From: Takakia lepidozioides
Taxonomy: Eukaryota > Plantae > Bryophyta
Length of the DNA stretch: 64,000 nt
Reading direction: 5' to 3'
Assembly: GCA_030704615.1 (NCBI GenBank)
Contig: CM060734.1
Coordinates: forward strand, 15,376,001-15,440,000
In this document: positions 51,226 to 64,000 of the stretch, piece by piece
Layout of the letters: every line of letters begins with the position of its first letter
Numbering within the stretch: the first letter of the stretch is position 1
Translations under genes and position numbers: made by a program
The notes under the pieces: model-generated
Database searches by the model: none
What the model was told of the DNA's origin: nothing
What the model saw: only the letters and a program-made list of their open reading frames with translations

Positions 51226-51330
51226 GGCTGTGACAGGCTGTATCAAACTGTGACGAGCTGTGATAGGCTGTGTGATGCTGTGATGGGCTGTGATAAGCTG
51301 TGTCATACTGTGGTGGCCTGTGATGACTGT
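51226..51330. repeat. 30-bp minisatellite (3-4 copies) between pol and the extra ORF
   Basis: gggctgtgaYaggctgt.tc..actgtga. repeated. Confidence 0.75.
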
Positions 51331-51399
51331 GTGAACACCCATGTTCTACGCTCAGGCCATACACATTCGGCTTTACGACAAGTGCCTCGTGCTCCGTTG

Positions 51400-54300
51400 G
51401 TATTACCGGTGTAGTCCGCGACTGCTTCTGTGTTTCAATATGCAAATCATGCTGCAATGGTTTATCATGGATACCACTGTATCCCTTCAACTTATTGGCA
51501 TTAACTCTTCCAAGCATCTCTTTGTTAATGGTTTGTAACATGGCTATGTTGTTATCATACGTCTTCTGTATGACATAAGGTTCTTTCCATGGTGACTTAA
51601 GCTTAGAAGCTTTAATCTTTCCCTTCTTCTGCAACCACAGAACCAAATCGTCCGTCTTAAAAGTTTTCAATTTACCTTCATCAAATTGATCCTTCCTCTT
51701 CATCTGAATTCTGGTCATGTTATCTACTGCATCAACACGTACTTCTTCCACATGATATAATTCATGTTTCCTGACTTTAATTGAATCCTTCAATTCCATT
51801 CTCCTTCCCCATTCAGTTCTCATGGTAGGTAACAAGAATTCCACTGGAAGTAAAGCTTCCATATCATAAACTAATTGGAATGGTATATACTTAGTGGTGA
51901 CTTTATATGAAGTCCTATATGACCACAAAGTTGTCAGCAGCTTTGTATCCCAATCCGTTCTGTTTGCATTGACTATCTTAGCCAAAATAGTGCATAGTAT
52001 TTTGTTGGTGGCCTATGCCTGCCCATTACCCTGTGGGTAATAGGTTGTACTTTTCTTGTGCACAATCATGAACTCTTTAGTCAATAATTCTATGGTCTCA
52101 TTAATGAAGTGACTTCCCTAGTCACTGATAAATTCCAAGGGACAGCCAAATCTTGTAAGTATGTTCTCATACAGGAACCTTGCTGTAGACTTAGCTGTGT
52201 TGTCCCTCAGAGCCTTAGCTTCCACCCACTTTGTAGTATAATCAGTGGCTGTGATTATATACTTGTTCTGTGTATTTCTGGCTGGTGGGTTTATTGGTCC
52301 AACAAAGTCTAGTCCCCATTTCTGAAATGGTTCAGTAGGCATCGTCGGATGCAAAGCCATCTTTCCAGATCTTTGCAAAGGTCCTAGCCTCTGACACTCA
52401 TCACAACTTTTGCAGTACTTGTGCACATCTTTGAACAGAGTAGGCCACTAGTAACCAGCAAGTAGTATTTTTCTGCTGGTCGTCTCCTCTCCAAAATGAC
52501 CTCCAGCCACTCCTTTATGAACTTTCTTCCAAGACTTTATTTATTTCATGGTGGTACAAGCATCGTTTAAGAACTCCATCAGGTCCTAGCTTATACAATC
52601 TGCCACCTATCATAGTGTAAGGTAAAAGCCTTGATAGCTATTCTCTTTCTCTGTTCCTTCCCATAACTGGGTGGGCACTGACCATGAGTAAGGTAGTATC
52701 TAATTGGCCACTGCCAATCTAACCAATCATCTGCACTTCCCTGCACCTCCACTGCAAATAGACTCGCATCAGGTAATTGGTCGTCTACTCCCGTGGCGGG
52801 CTCTCCTGTTGATAGGCGTGACAAGTGATCTGCCACAAGATGCAAACGGCCAGACTTGTAAACAACTTTGAATTCAAACTCGCGCAAGATTATCAACCAT
52901 CTTGCTATCCTGCCACTTATCAAAGGCTTGTTCACCAGATAAATCAAAGCCTGATGATCCACATAAAACATAAACTTCCTTCCCAATAGGTAATGCCTGA
53001 ATTTCTTGACTGCATAAATCATTGTCAATGCTTCTCTTTCAGTGGTGCTATAGTTCCTTTCAGCACTGTTCAACAACCTGCTAGCATAGTACATAGGTGA
53101 ATCTATGTTTTCTGTGATAGTTTGAGCTAACACAGCTCCCAATGCTTCCCCTGAGGCATCACAGTGTACTTGAAATACTACATGCCAGTGAGGGTTAATC
53201 AGCACAGGTGTAGTTGTTACTGACAATGTAAGTTCCTCAAAAGCCTGCTGACATTCAGCTGTCCATGTAAACACTGCATCCTTCTTCAAAAGCTTACTCA
53301 AAGGTGCTGCCATCTATGCATACCGTCTGACAAACCTTCTGTAGTAACTGGTTTGTCCAAGAAATCTCCTTAGACTTTTAACATTTCCTGGTGGTGGAGA
53401 TGCTTTAATGGCCTCTGTCTTTCTGGGATCCACAAGCAGTCCTCCCTTACACACAATGTGTCCCAGAAGTACCCCTGAATTCACACAGAAAGTACACTTT
53501 TCTGGATTCAACCCAAGACCTCTCATCCTGCATCTGGCCAAACATAATTCCAACTTCTGCAAGTGCTCATTCTTAGAGCTGTACACAGTGAAGTCATCTA
53601 AGAACACTTGCATGAAATCATCCAGATACTCGTGAAAGATTCACTTATCACCCTCTGGAAAGTTGTTGGTGCATTACAAAGTCCAAAAGGCATGACTTTG
53701 TATGCATAAGCACCCCAGTCCGTGATGAAAGCTGTCTTTTCCTAGTCTTCTTCTGCCACTTGCACTTGGTTATACCCACTAAAGCTATCCATGAATGAGT
53801 ACATCTCATGGCTTGTCACAGTGTCCAGTACAGCTTCTGTGAATGGTAAAGGAAATGGATCTTTCTTTGTACAGGCATTCAACTTCTTATAGTTCACACA
53901 AACTCTCAGTTTGCCATTCTTCTTGGGAACTATCACAATGGATGACAACCAAGTTGTATACTCTATCGGGTATATGAACTTAGCCTCAGCCAGCTTCTTG
54001 ATCTAATCCCCAACCTTCTGTGTATAGTTCTGTACCTAGCCTATTTGATTGGTACCGACCCTGGTTCCAGTTCAATCCTGGCAAATCTCAGGTGGTATCC
54101 CTTTTAGATCCTCATAACTCCAAGCAAATACATCTTTGTATTTGATAAACAGGCTCTTAGCTTCCTCAAGGAATTTTGGCTCCAAGTCAGCCCATACTTT
54201 CACCATTCTTGGTTCCTCCTTAGTTCCTACATTCACGTCTCTCACCTGCTCTTCAGCTGTGATTGTCCATCCAGCCACTACTTCATCCTGTAAACTCACA

Positions 54301-56760
54301 GTGGCTGGTTCTTCTAGGATTTCCATTTCTCCCTCTCTTTCCTCATAAAAATGTGGTGGGTAACTACTTGTTTCCCCCTCAATTGGTGTTGTTGTTACTG
54401 CACCACAGCAGATACCTTTAAAACAACTCAGGCCTCCCAGTTGCATTTCTGCAACCTGCTCCCACTCTGGGTGTGCAACAAACAGGGTAGCCTCCTAAGT
54501 CCTCCCCTCCAGTCATACTCTCTGACTCCACGAGGTCTTCTGGTAGCAGGTAGCCTACTAGATTTCTTAGTGGTGACCTGTATCTTGTGCTTCCCATCAT
54601 CAGTCAGTAACTGGGAATTCCAGTCATGGAATATCCTGGCCTGTTTCAGCCATGGTTGACCCAGAAATAAGGAGTAAGCTTCCATAACATTATCCATTTT
54701 CAACACAGTCGTTGTGATCTTAAAGATCATTTTTTGAATCTGTATCTTAACTCCTCTTATCAAGCCTAAAGGTTGTACACTCCTTTGATCTGCCATTGTT
54801 ACTATAAATGGGGCTGGTTTCATGTTACTCAGACCAAGCTTCTGCCTTAATTGGTCTATCATAATATTCACTCCTGAGCCTCCATCTATCAGTACATCAG
54901 TCAAGTCTGTGCTTCCAATTCTCAATTGGATTATTGGCATAGAATCATCAAAGTCCATGACTGTTTCTTGCCCCTCAGGCTTCACATTATAACTTGCCAC
55001 CTTGCTGCTCAGGTCTCTGTTCTCTGTCACATGAGCAATCTGATTAATTGCTTGATACAGCCTGTGCCTACAATGAGATGCTACAGCCAATAGCTGTCCA
55101 ATGGTAATCTCAGCTTTGGTTTGGCATATTACTTCAGCCAAAGTCCCTTCATTACTCTGCACTTGTGCAGCTTCTTTCTTCACTTCATCTTCACCCTCTC
55201 CATCTTCTCTATCAGAGTCATGAGAATCTGCCATAGGAATATCAGTATTCTTCTGCATTTCCCTTATGGTGTCAGCCACTTCCCTGTGTAGTTCCTTCTC
55301 ATCTCTCCAAGCCTCATCATTTTCAGGCACATCATTGCCATCCTCATTATCATCTTCTTCCTCATCCACTGGAGGTATTAGTTTAGCTTTGCTTCTGGTC
55401 ACTATCATTGTACTCACTTCTGGTACAAAACATGGCCTAACCATGTGAGCTGCCACAACTGGGCCCTCATTCACAGGAGCTCTCATCTCATTCTGGTGTC
55501 TGATCCAGAATGGAGAGGCTGCCTTGCGATGTCCTGCCTGGTTACAATAGTAACACAGTTCTTCCCCATTAGGTCCTCTCCCTTGGTCTGCTCTGGGATT
55601 ATTTCTATAATCATGATTCCCTGGCTGGTAATTCCCTCTTGGATTACCTCTCCCTGCCATACCATTGTTATAACCACCAGGCCTTCCATAGTGGTCCTGA
55701 TCATTGTTTCTTCTTGGCTGGGGCTGCACTTGATGCACCTTTACTTGCCTAGGTTCTCTTGCAGCTGTCCTTCTGTTGTAATAACAATTCTCAGTAGAAT
55801 GGTTATCCATTTTACAGATAGTACAGTGTTTCTCCTTCATGTGGCATTCAGCTGTGGTAGGGCCTTCATTCTGACATTTTGCACACCAAACACCCTTCCT
55901 CCAATGTGTTGCAGCCTCTGTGGCATACTTCTTCAAAATCTCCTCCAGTCTTTTCTCATAGTTTTCCCTCTTCAACTTTTCCTTCTTCTTACTCTTCCTC
56001 TTGAGCTCTTGCTCTTCTTCCTCATCTGACTCATCTTCAGAGTCCTCATCATCCCTTTTCTCTCTCCTGAGCATTCCCAATTGCTCAATTTTGTTGGCTG
56101 TTTCAAATGCCTCTTCCACTGTATTATGGGGTAGCATATCCACTTTCTTTTGTAATTCAGGTCTTAATCCACTCACAAACCAGGTCTTCTGTAACCCTGG
56201 TGCTGGCACAGCAGCCAACTTTTTCATCATCAACTCCATCTTTTCCATGTACTCTTCAACAGTTTCATGCTTCTTTTGCTTTAACTGTTGTAAACTCCCA
56301 TACACTTCAACCTCAGTTTTGCTTGTCCTGAACCTATTTCGGAATGCTGTACTAAGGCCATTTCAGGTTAGGAAATGATTACCAGGGAATCTTGCATACC
56401 ATTCACTTGCTTTCTTGATAAGTGAACAAGGAAAGAGTCTCATCTTGGCATCATCGCCATTCTCATTGTTCACAATACACATGTGCTCAAATTGGCTAAT
56501 GTGTACATCAGGATCCCCTTTTCCTGCATATATTGGAAAAGGTGGTTTTGCCCGTGTTGGAGGTACCGCCATCTGTGGCCCTACACCCTGCCCTCTGACA
56601 GGTGTTGGTCCTCCTGTTGGTGTTGGTCCTTGAGGACCTGTTGTTGTAGTGGTGGAACTCCCACCAAGTATTGGCCCTTGAGCACTCCCTGCTACTGGCC
56701 CCTTTGTACTTACAGTATTCCCAGCTCCAGTTGCACTACTTCCTACATTCCCTGTCCCCC
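51400..56760 (-). pseudogene. Gypsy gag-pol (gag with three knuckle-like motifs, protease, RT, RNase H, integrase; no chromodomain)
   Basis: VLIDGGSGVNI; LRVCVNYKKLN..DPFPLP; VFLDDF; HCDASGEALGAVL; WGLDFVGP..ATDYTTKWVEA. Several in-frame stops and frameshifts. Confidence 0.92.
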
Positions 56761-56979
56761 CAGAGCTAGATCCAAGCTTCCGCCTGATCCCCCTGAGCCG
56801 ACACCTTCGTTGGCCTGTGATTCAAGTGGAGGTTAGCTATTTCATAAGCATGAGCGGCATGAATGGAGTAGTAAGACAATCGGTTTTCATGAGCAGAAGT
56901 ACAAATTAGGGAAATAAAAAACATTAAAAACATTATTTTAATGGAATGTGTCAGAGAAAAAATAATAATAATATTCATT

Positions 56980-57960
56980 GTTTGAAGTAGAAATTGTAGT
57001 TTTGAGAGCCGTGCTCATGATATTTCGTCTTCCGCTCATGCGGATTCCGAGCGACATCTGCAAAAATGGCGTCGAATTTCACGGTAATAGGTTCCGCAAC
57101 CGGAGAAATCTGCAACGTATTTCGCGGTAATAGGTGTCTCTGGCGAAAAATGGTGCCGAATTTCGCGGCTATAGGTCCCAACATGGTTGAAGTGTAAGCC
57201 CAAAATTTAGAAATGTGGCGCCGAATTTCGGTACATGGTGCCGGGGATTGCACAGATGTTGGGCAGTTCTAGGCTATGTAACTGGAAATTCGGCGCCATT
57301 TTTCCAGACATCGTTCCTGTACATGTTGGGACTTAGCCAGTTTCGGCCCAAATTAGGAAAATTCGGCGCCATTTTTCCAGAAATGGCCCCCACAACTGCT
57401 ACTGTTGGAACTCAGTTTTCTGGAAGATTTGCAAATTTTTCCTGTCGCCATCTTTGTATTGATTCTGTTTTGACATTGAATTGCCACTTGACATCAACGG
57501 ATATCCAGCAGTCCATAGTGTTTAAAAGACATTACTTTAATATTGTCTGTCTCATTCCAGGAGTTTTGGGGTGCATTTCATTACACTGCAAAACAAAGTC
57601 TAATGCATCAAAATGCAATTGCAAATATCCATATGGTGGATTCCCTTTGCCCCATCAATGATTTATGGAATCCCGGCGGAGGAGTTTGTGCAGCTCGTTC
57701 ACGCTCAACGCTGGTGCATGAATAAAGTCATTAATAGTCAAGTTCATCCTCAATCTCTTCAGGTAAATGTAATACAGATGCTTGCACGGATAATACTTTG
57801 ACCCCTTCTTTGCTTCCATCAACGAGAAGTCCGTACAATTGCAAGTCGGCTCCACTCCGATCGTATTGTGTAAACGTCGTCGCGTACAACCGAGCCGGCC
57901 GTTGCCATCCGATAAACACGCCCAAGGCCGGGTGGGGGTATGTCCACGGAGCTCTGAATA
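56980..57960 (-). mobile_element. Fragment of a SWIM-zinc-finger-encoding (MULE/Zisupton-like) DNA transposon, interrupted by chromovirus copy B
   Basis: ORF 57655-57855 EPTCNCTDF..YPCKHLYYI (SWIM CxC..CxH). Repeated GCCGAATTTC / AATTCGGCGCCATTTTTCCAGA motifs at 57060-57420. Confidence 0.55.
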
Positions 57961-57961
57961 G

Positions 57962-60900
57962 TGTCGCGCACCTCACTTCGGTAAGCTCCCCCTCAAGTCA
58001 TAGTTACTCGCTTTGATGCGCGCGCCTGACTCCCAACCTGGCCGCCGGGCCAACTTGGAGCTTCGGCTGCTCACCGGGACATAACGGTCCCCCTTTGTTC
58101 TCCCAAAGAACCCTCCACCGATTTGGAACCAACGGGAATTCCCTTTGGTAGTGGCAGTCCGGAACAGCTCCCCACTCTTTGGTCGCTTTTCGGCTCGCTC
58201 GCTTACTCACTAGTTTTTGGTCACCAACGGGCTTGCACCGTTCTCGGGGTTACTACTCCCTATATATACTTCTGTAGCTGTCCGCGGGGGTTTCACAACC
58301 AGCCATGCCATTTTATGGCGAACCACCACGAAAACCCTCGACTCCCGGTGATGAGTCGCGGTGAGTCTTGGCCCACTCACCACGGCCACTATGGACCGTG
58401 ATGAGTCCCAAGACTCCCCACGACTCCCACCACGAGGTCTCCACCCCCATGGTGAGTCCTATGCCACCCCCACTAAGTCCCGCTAAGCTACCACCACCCC
58501 TTGTGGAGCCACCCCCACCGCAACCCGGTGTGCGGGGCTCCACCTAGTGAGCGCCTCCGCCTCCTTGGGTGCCTTGGGCACTCAAGGGTGCTTCAGCCCC
58601 CCATACCTATCGCCGCCGCTGCCCCCACCACAGGGGCAACCCCTCATGTGTCCCGACCCCCCCTGCCCTCAAGGCAAAGGGCCGCGACACACACCCCTAC
58701 CAACAGGGAGTCGATGTCCTCATCGACTTGTCCATTTTGTAGAAACGAACATCCAAGTTGTGGCGTCCCACATCAAGGAGTTTGTTTCCGTACCATGGCG
58801 TCCCATGGCAAAGAACCAAACCCCACACTTGACTCTACTCCCCACTAGCTAGTTCGGCCGACTTCCTCCAAGTCCCAGCCAAGGGTGGAGCCTCTCCAGC
58901 TCCTCCCAGTGCACTCTTCTTGGCCTACTTCAAGGCCAAGGAACGATCCTCCCCGAGGATCAAATCGCCTTATTGCAACAACATTGCTTGCGATCGCTCA
59001 TGATGCCGCTTTTGGCATCACCTTGAGCAAGGGTTCACCTGGAACCCTCTTTGATTAGGAAGATAACCTTGAACCAACCGTGCACCCCAATCACTACAAT
59101 TGGGTCCGCCTTGGAATGCTGGCCTGAGGTACGGGAACACGCTGAAGCCGCACTACGACTTCGTCCCGAGGCTACACGATTATAGTACGTGAACGGAAGC
59201 ACGTAGCTTCCGCGTTAGCCCACACTACAACGCAACCCCCTCGGTAGCGCAGTTATAGTACGCGCACGCGCCAGGTGCGCACTAGCACGTGAACTCCCAA
59301 AGAAGGCGCAAGTTTCCTTGCCCCTTGGATGGGGGTCACCCGATTTCGGCACTACGCAAACACACGATTAAGCCAATTTACCTCTCCCACTTTTATAAGC
59401 TAGCATGCATTCTACACACTAGCCAACCATACCATGCATCACCATTCCAAACAAAATAGGACGCACAACATTTGGAAGCCATTTCATTTATAACACGTTT
59501 TGTACAATACCAGTTTTTGCAATCGGATTCCTAAGCTAGCTAAGCCGGGCTAAGCATGCATTTCCTCCCACACGCTCCAAGGTTGATGTCCCCATCAACT
59601 CTTCTTCCGCTTTTGAGGTCGCCCTTCGAAAGCTGCAACCGCCTCGGATGCGTTTCCCATTTCTGAGGCACACACCCAAGATGCCTCCACATGATGATAG
59701 CCCTTCCATTTGACGAGATACTCCGTTTCTCGGTTCCTGAACCTCCTCGACTTAAGTATTGCCTCCACCTCGTACTCAGGTTCATTTTCATGATCCAACA
59801 GCATAGGTGGCGGACGCAACACTTGATGCCGATTCGGACGCGCTTCATCTTTGAAGTAAGGCTTCAAAAGGGATAGATGGAATACTGGGTGCACCTTACT
59901 GTTTGCCGGCAGCTCCAATTCATACACATCCTCATTCATAACCTTCCGAATGCGAAAGGGTCCCGCATACGGAGGTACGAACTTCGGACTCACTTCCGGA
60001 GGTAGTCGGAAATTCTTGATGTTCAACCAGACTTTTGTGCCTGCCTCAAACTTCACCTCCCTCCGCTTCCGATTCGCCTGCCTTTCATACCGTTTCCTAG
60101 CTTTGGCAATGTTGTACTTTGCGAGCTTCAACAAACGCTCGCGTTCTTCCAGTACCGCCGCTACTGCCGGTTCCTCAACGTCCTGGGCGACCCAACTTGT
60201 CGGCACCAGAGGTGCTTTTCCATAGACCAATACGAAAGTGGAAACTCCCGTTGCGGAGTGTTCTGTGTTATTATAACAGAACTCTGCCGCGTCTAAGTGT
60301 TCTACCCAGTCTGTTTGGTCTGCCGACACGTAATTCCGCAAGATCTGCTTCACTACGGAATTCACTCTTTTTGTTTGGCCGTCGGTCGTAGGTCGGAAGG
60401 CGGTGCTCATCTTCAGCCTCGTCCCCATCTTCTTCCAAAGTGCCCTCCAAAATTTACTCGTAAACTTTGGATCGCGGTCCGAGACAATATCCTTCGGGAC
60501 TCCATGATGCTTTAAGACGTGGGCGAAGTAAAGTCGCCATGTCTCTTGCGCCGTTACCGTCTCCTTGGTGGGGATGAAATGGCCCATTTTACTGAACCTA
60601 TCCACCACCACCATGATTGCATCGAATCCTTTTGACAGCGGCATAGCAGTCATGAAATCCATCGAGACGCTTTCCCAAGTCATCTCTGGAATCGGCAAGG
60701 GTTGTAACAGCCCCGCTTGCTTTTTGTACTTGCTCCGGTTTTGTTGGCATGTGGTGCATGTCTTGACATACTCCTCTGCCTCCTCCCTCAGTTTGGGCCA
60801 GAAATACTCTTTCTTCAGGAGTGCCGCAGTGCGCTTGGCTCCGCCGTGGCCCGCAAGCGGGCTATCATGGCATTCTCTCAAGAGGCTATCTCTGATCCCT

Positions 60901-63900
60901 CCCTTTGGCACGTAGAGACGTTTTTGCTTATACCGGAGCAGTCCATTTTGCAAGTGGAACTGCGATTTAACCCCCATCCTCAAGTCCTGCATCACGGACT
61001 TCGCCAGCTCATCCTTCCGGCAAGCCTTCCGGATCTTCCTTTGGAGCGCCGTCTCGCCCCTGTACACCAACAGGAGCTGCTGCTTTCTACTTAAAGCATC
61101 GGCCACCACATTATCCCGTCCCGGTTTGTACTGGATATCCACGTCGAACACCGCCAAAGTATCTTGCCACCTAAGCTATTTTGGGGACAACTTGGGCTGC
61201 GTGGTAATATACTTCACTGTGACATTGTCCGTGAACACCTTCACTGGGTTGGAACCAACATAGTGGCGCCAAAGCTCAAGGCAATGCACCACCGCCTTCA
61301 TCTCTTTTTCGTGTGTCGGCCACCGTCGCTCCACTTCATTCAGTTTCTTACGAATCTCAAATGGACGATCGAACTGCGGGATTTTCAAGACTGGAGCTTC
61401 CGCCATCCGGTGCTTCAATTCAGCAAAAGCTTGGCCACAAAATGTGTTCCATACCCAGACTTTGGATTTACACAGAAGGTCCGAAAGCGGCCCCGCGATC
61501 TTGGCGAAATTTCTCACATACTTCCGGTAATAGGAGGCGAGTCCTAGGAAGGATCACACTCCCGGGACCGAAGTCGGAGGCTCCCAGTCCAAGATTGCCC
61601 TCACCTTCCTGTCATCCATTTTGATCCCATCTTGTGTAATCACATGCCCCAAGAACTCCACTTTTGTGACCCCGAATTCGCACTTTGAAGCTTTGGCATA
61701 CAGCTTCCCTTCTCGCAATTTTTGGAACACCCTTTTTAGGTGCTCCAGGTGTTCTTCCTTTGTTTTCGAGTACACCAAGATGTCGTCGATGTACACGATC
61801 ACAAAGTCATCCAACCACTCCTGGAAAAGGCTGTTCATCAGCGTGCTAAATGTCGCTGGTGCATTGGTGAGCCCAAAAGGCATCACCAAGAACTCATATG
61901 AACCATACCTTGTCCTGCACGCGGTCTTCTCCTCATCTCCTTCCGCCACCCGAATTTGATGATAGCCGGAGCGCAAGTCGATCCGGCTGAAATACTTCGC
62001 TCCAGCCAACCGATCGAAGAGGTCATCGATCCTTGGCAAAGGGTACCGGTTTTGGATAGTCACCTTATTCAGAGCCCTGTAATCGACACACATCCGCATC
62101 GTCCCATCCTTCTTGTCTGCGAATAGCACTGGGGCTCCGTAAGGTGACTTACTCGGCCGGATGTACCCCTTTGACATTAGATCCTTGAGCTGAGTCTTCA
62201 GCTCGACCAACTCCCTGTGGCTCAACCGGTAGGGTGCCTTAGCAGGCGATTCCGTTCCCAGTATCACCTCAATCTTGTGGTCAACTCCTCTTCGCGGTGG
62301 CAAGCCGCTTGGTAAATCCTCCGGCATCACATCATGGTATTTCTCCAAAATCCCCTTGATCCAATCTGGGCTCGGCTCCCCATCGCCTTCTCCCTTCACT
62401 TCTCTAATGTAAAGCAAAAACTGGGGCTCGTGTGCCTCCTCCACGGCCCACTCCCTTGCTGACAGAAGGTTTATTCGCCCTCCCACGGATTTGGGCGTTT
62501 CCGACACTCGTAAGGCCTCGCTACCATTCCCACAAGGCAGCGTGACTACTCTCTTGCGGCCATCTATGACCGCTCCGGATTTGCTCAAAAAGGTCATCCC
62601 CAAAATGAGATCTACTCCATCGATCTCGCAGATGGTGAAGTTCTCACGTCCCTCCCAACTCCCCAGTTGAAGAGGAACATCAAACGCCAACCTTGTCGTC
62701 AACTGTGGTTCTCCTTTGGCAGAACGCACCTCAATAGAGGCCCCCACGTCACTTGTTGGGAGTCCCAACTTTTGCGCCGCCGCCGGCGTCATGAAGGAGT
62801 GCGATGCTTCTGTGTCCACCAACAACGACACGTTAGTTCCGGATATTATCCCATCCACAAACAATAACTGACTCCCTTTACGCAGGGCGCCAGTTTCCTG
62901 ATACAACTCACAAGAATAGTTGCCTACCTTGCAAGTCCTGGCGACCCCCGCTTCCACCAAGCGACTGATGGTATCTTCCGATAGCTCCGTGGTTGCCCGA
63001 GTCATGTTCATTGTCGAGGTTTCGTGCACTTCTTGGCCATGTGCCCGGGCTCCCCGCAATTGAAACACACTCCATCAAAGGTCGCCTTCTGTCCGCCATA
63101 AGCCGCTCCACCCGCTTTTCCTTTCAAAGCACCAGGTGCTGCCTTGATGTGTAAAGGCCCTCCCTTCGATTTCCACATGCCATTGTTGCCGCGTGGCCTA
63201 TCCCACTTCTTTTCCGGTCGGAAGGAGTCACCTCTCCGCCGGGTCTTCTTGTGGTTCAGCTCCGTACGGCCTTGTCTCTCACCCCTAGGGACATCCGAGA
63301 AACATTCAGCCCTCTCAATTGCCTCGTTCAAAGTCTTGGGTGGCTTCTCCTCCAACTTCCGCTTGGCCCATGGGGCCAGTCCCGCCACAAAGTTGAAGAC
63401 CATTTCTGGTTCTGCCATGTCCGCGACTTCGAGCAACAGCACATTGAAAGCCTGGACATACCCCCGAATGTCATCTGTTTGCTTCAAATTCCTCATCTTG
63501 TCCCGGGCAAGCCAGGACGCGTTGAGGGGCACAAACTGTCTCTTCATCAATTCCTTGAACCCACTCCAGATCAAGGTTTCCGGGCTTGGACCTCGGTCGT
63601 GAAGGCGTTTCTGCCACCATTGTTGAGCATAGCCCCTCAAATAGGTGGGAGCCACTTCCACCCGATCCTCGCCACTCAACTTGGCCGCCCGGAAGTACTG
63701 CTCTAGCTCCAGGAGCCAAGTGTTGAGTGCCTTCCGATTTTGGACGCCCTTGAAGGTGCCGGGTTCCTTAGGCTTCACCTTAAACTTTGCCTTAGTGGAA
63801 GTGGCATTAGCCGCCTTCAACACGTCTTTCAACGTCCCGCCAAACTGTGCCAACAACCCTTCCCAAAAGGCTGCCGGCATGGGATGCATCTCTTGGTTTG

Positions 63901-64000
63901 TCGGAGCTCTCAAGGATTCCTCGGGCTCCGACTCCTCGGATTCCTCCCGCTCTTGAGCGGCCTCGTTTTCGGAAACATTCATCGCTTCCTCAAACGGCCG
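57962..64000 (-). mobile_element. Galadriel-like chromovirus copy B (3' LTR 57962-58689, PPT, integrase-chromodomain, RH, RT, PR, gag; runs off the window end)
   Basis: LTR TGTCGCGG...GCGACA; purine-rich tract at 58690-58702; ORFs 59595-61157, 61554-63068 and 63008-63982. Confidence 0.96.
59595..61157 (-). CDS. Integrase with C-terminal chromodomain (pol C-terminus of copy B)
   Basis: HHCC (CHDSPLAGHGG..CTTCQ), core (SMDFM..VVVDRFSK..VSDRD), GPF motif, and YEVEAIL..EYLVKWKGY..ASWV chromodomain at 59595-59777. Confidence 0.93.
   Translation of the reverse strand: MAVFDVDIQYKPGRDNVVADALSRKQQLLLVYRGETALQRKIRKACRKDELAKSVMQDLRMGVKSQFHLQNGLLRYKQKRLYVPKGGIRDSLLRECHDSPLAGHGGAKRTAALLKKEYFWPKLREEAEEYVKTCTTCQQNRSKYKKQAGLLQPLPIPEMTWESVSMDFMTAMPLSKGFDAIMVVVDRFSKMGHFIPTKETVTAQETWRLYFAHVLKHHGVPKDIVSDRDPKFTSKFWRALWKKMGTRLKMSTAFRPTTDGQTKRVNSVVKQILRNYVSADQTDWVEHLDAAEFCYNNTEHSATGVSTFVLVYGKAPLVPTSWVAQDVEEPAVAAVLEERERLLKLAKYNIAKARKRYERQANRKRREVKFEAGTKVWLNIKNFRLPPEVSPKFVPPYAGPFRIRKVMNEDVYELELPANSKVHPVFHLSLLKPYFKDEARPNRHQVLRPPPMLLDHENEPEYEVEAILKSRRFRNRETEYLVKWKGYHHVEASWVCASEMGNASEAVAAFEGRPQKRKKS

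Larger units (their letters stand above)
47051..56830 (-). mobile_element. Large non-chromovirus Ty3/Gypsy retrotransposon with an extra 3' ORF, inserted into the DNMT element
   Basis: gag-PR-RT-RH-IN order. PPT GAGAGGGGGAGGGGTAA (47106-47122) followed by TGTTAG...CGACA (47105-47051). 5' LTR and PBS not seen. Confidence 0.9.

Noticed and set aside
4160-58689. Two near-identical LTRs in direct orientation suggesting one 54-kb giant element carrying host genes
   Set aside because: The PBS and PPT lie outside the pair, not inside. These are the 5' LTR of copy A and the 3' LTR of copy B, and their inner flanks differ (GTCCC versus AATAG).
63000-63070. Apparent programmed gag/pol frameshift in copy B
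   Set aside because: Copies A (KPRQLNMTR) and C read through in one frame. B has a 1-bp deletion, and also lacks the RNase H DAS segment near 61350, so it is simply defective.

Overview
TE-dense window from a land-plant nuclear genome. A non-seed plant such as a bryophyte or lycophyte is most likely; this is inferred from the gene and TE families, not proven. Intact-looking host genes are few: eIF1A (7786-8223), a Sin3-like PAH-PAH-only protein (26723-27328) and a head-to-head pair of UPF0496/DUF677 genes (37074-38120 and 40803-43845). The rest is nested mobile DNA: three copies of a Galadriel-like chromovirus, a Copia with a half-tRNA-type PBS, an L1 3' end inside a hAT element, a second hAT element, a Tc1/mariner MITE, and a large non-chromovirus Gypsy with a ~1,200-codon extra ORF. 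The most striking element is a decayed LTR retrotransposon whose single reading frame runs Gag(2xCCHC)-aspartic protease-C5 cytosine DNA methyltransferase (44510-47050, minus strand), i.e. a DNMT-carrying retrotransposon in a land plant. Also notable are a decayed spliced gene encoding a Zn motif, a Pro-rich linker and a divergent SET domain in TE-like context (14425-15958), and a 363-bp TRIM whose LTRs carry a tRNA-derived Pol III cassette (42829-43191). All family calls come from motif recognition by eye; no database searches were run.
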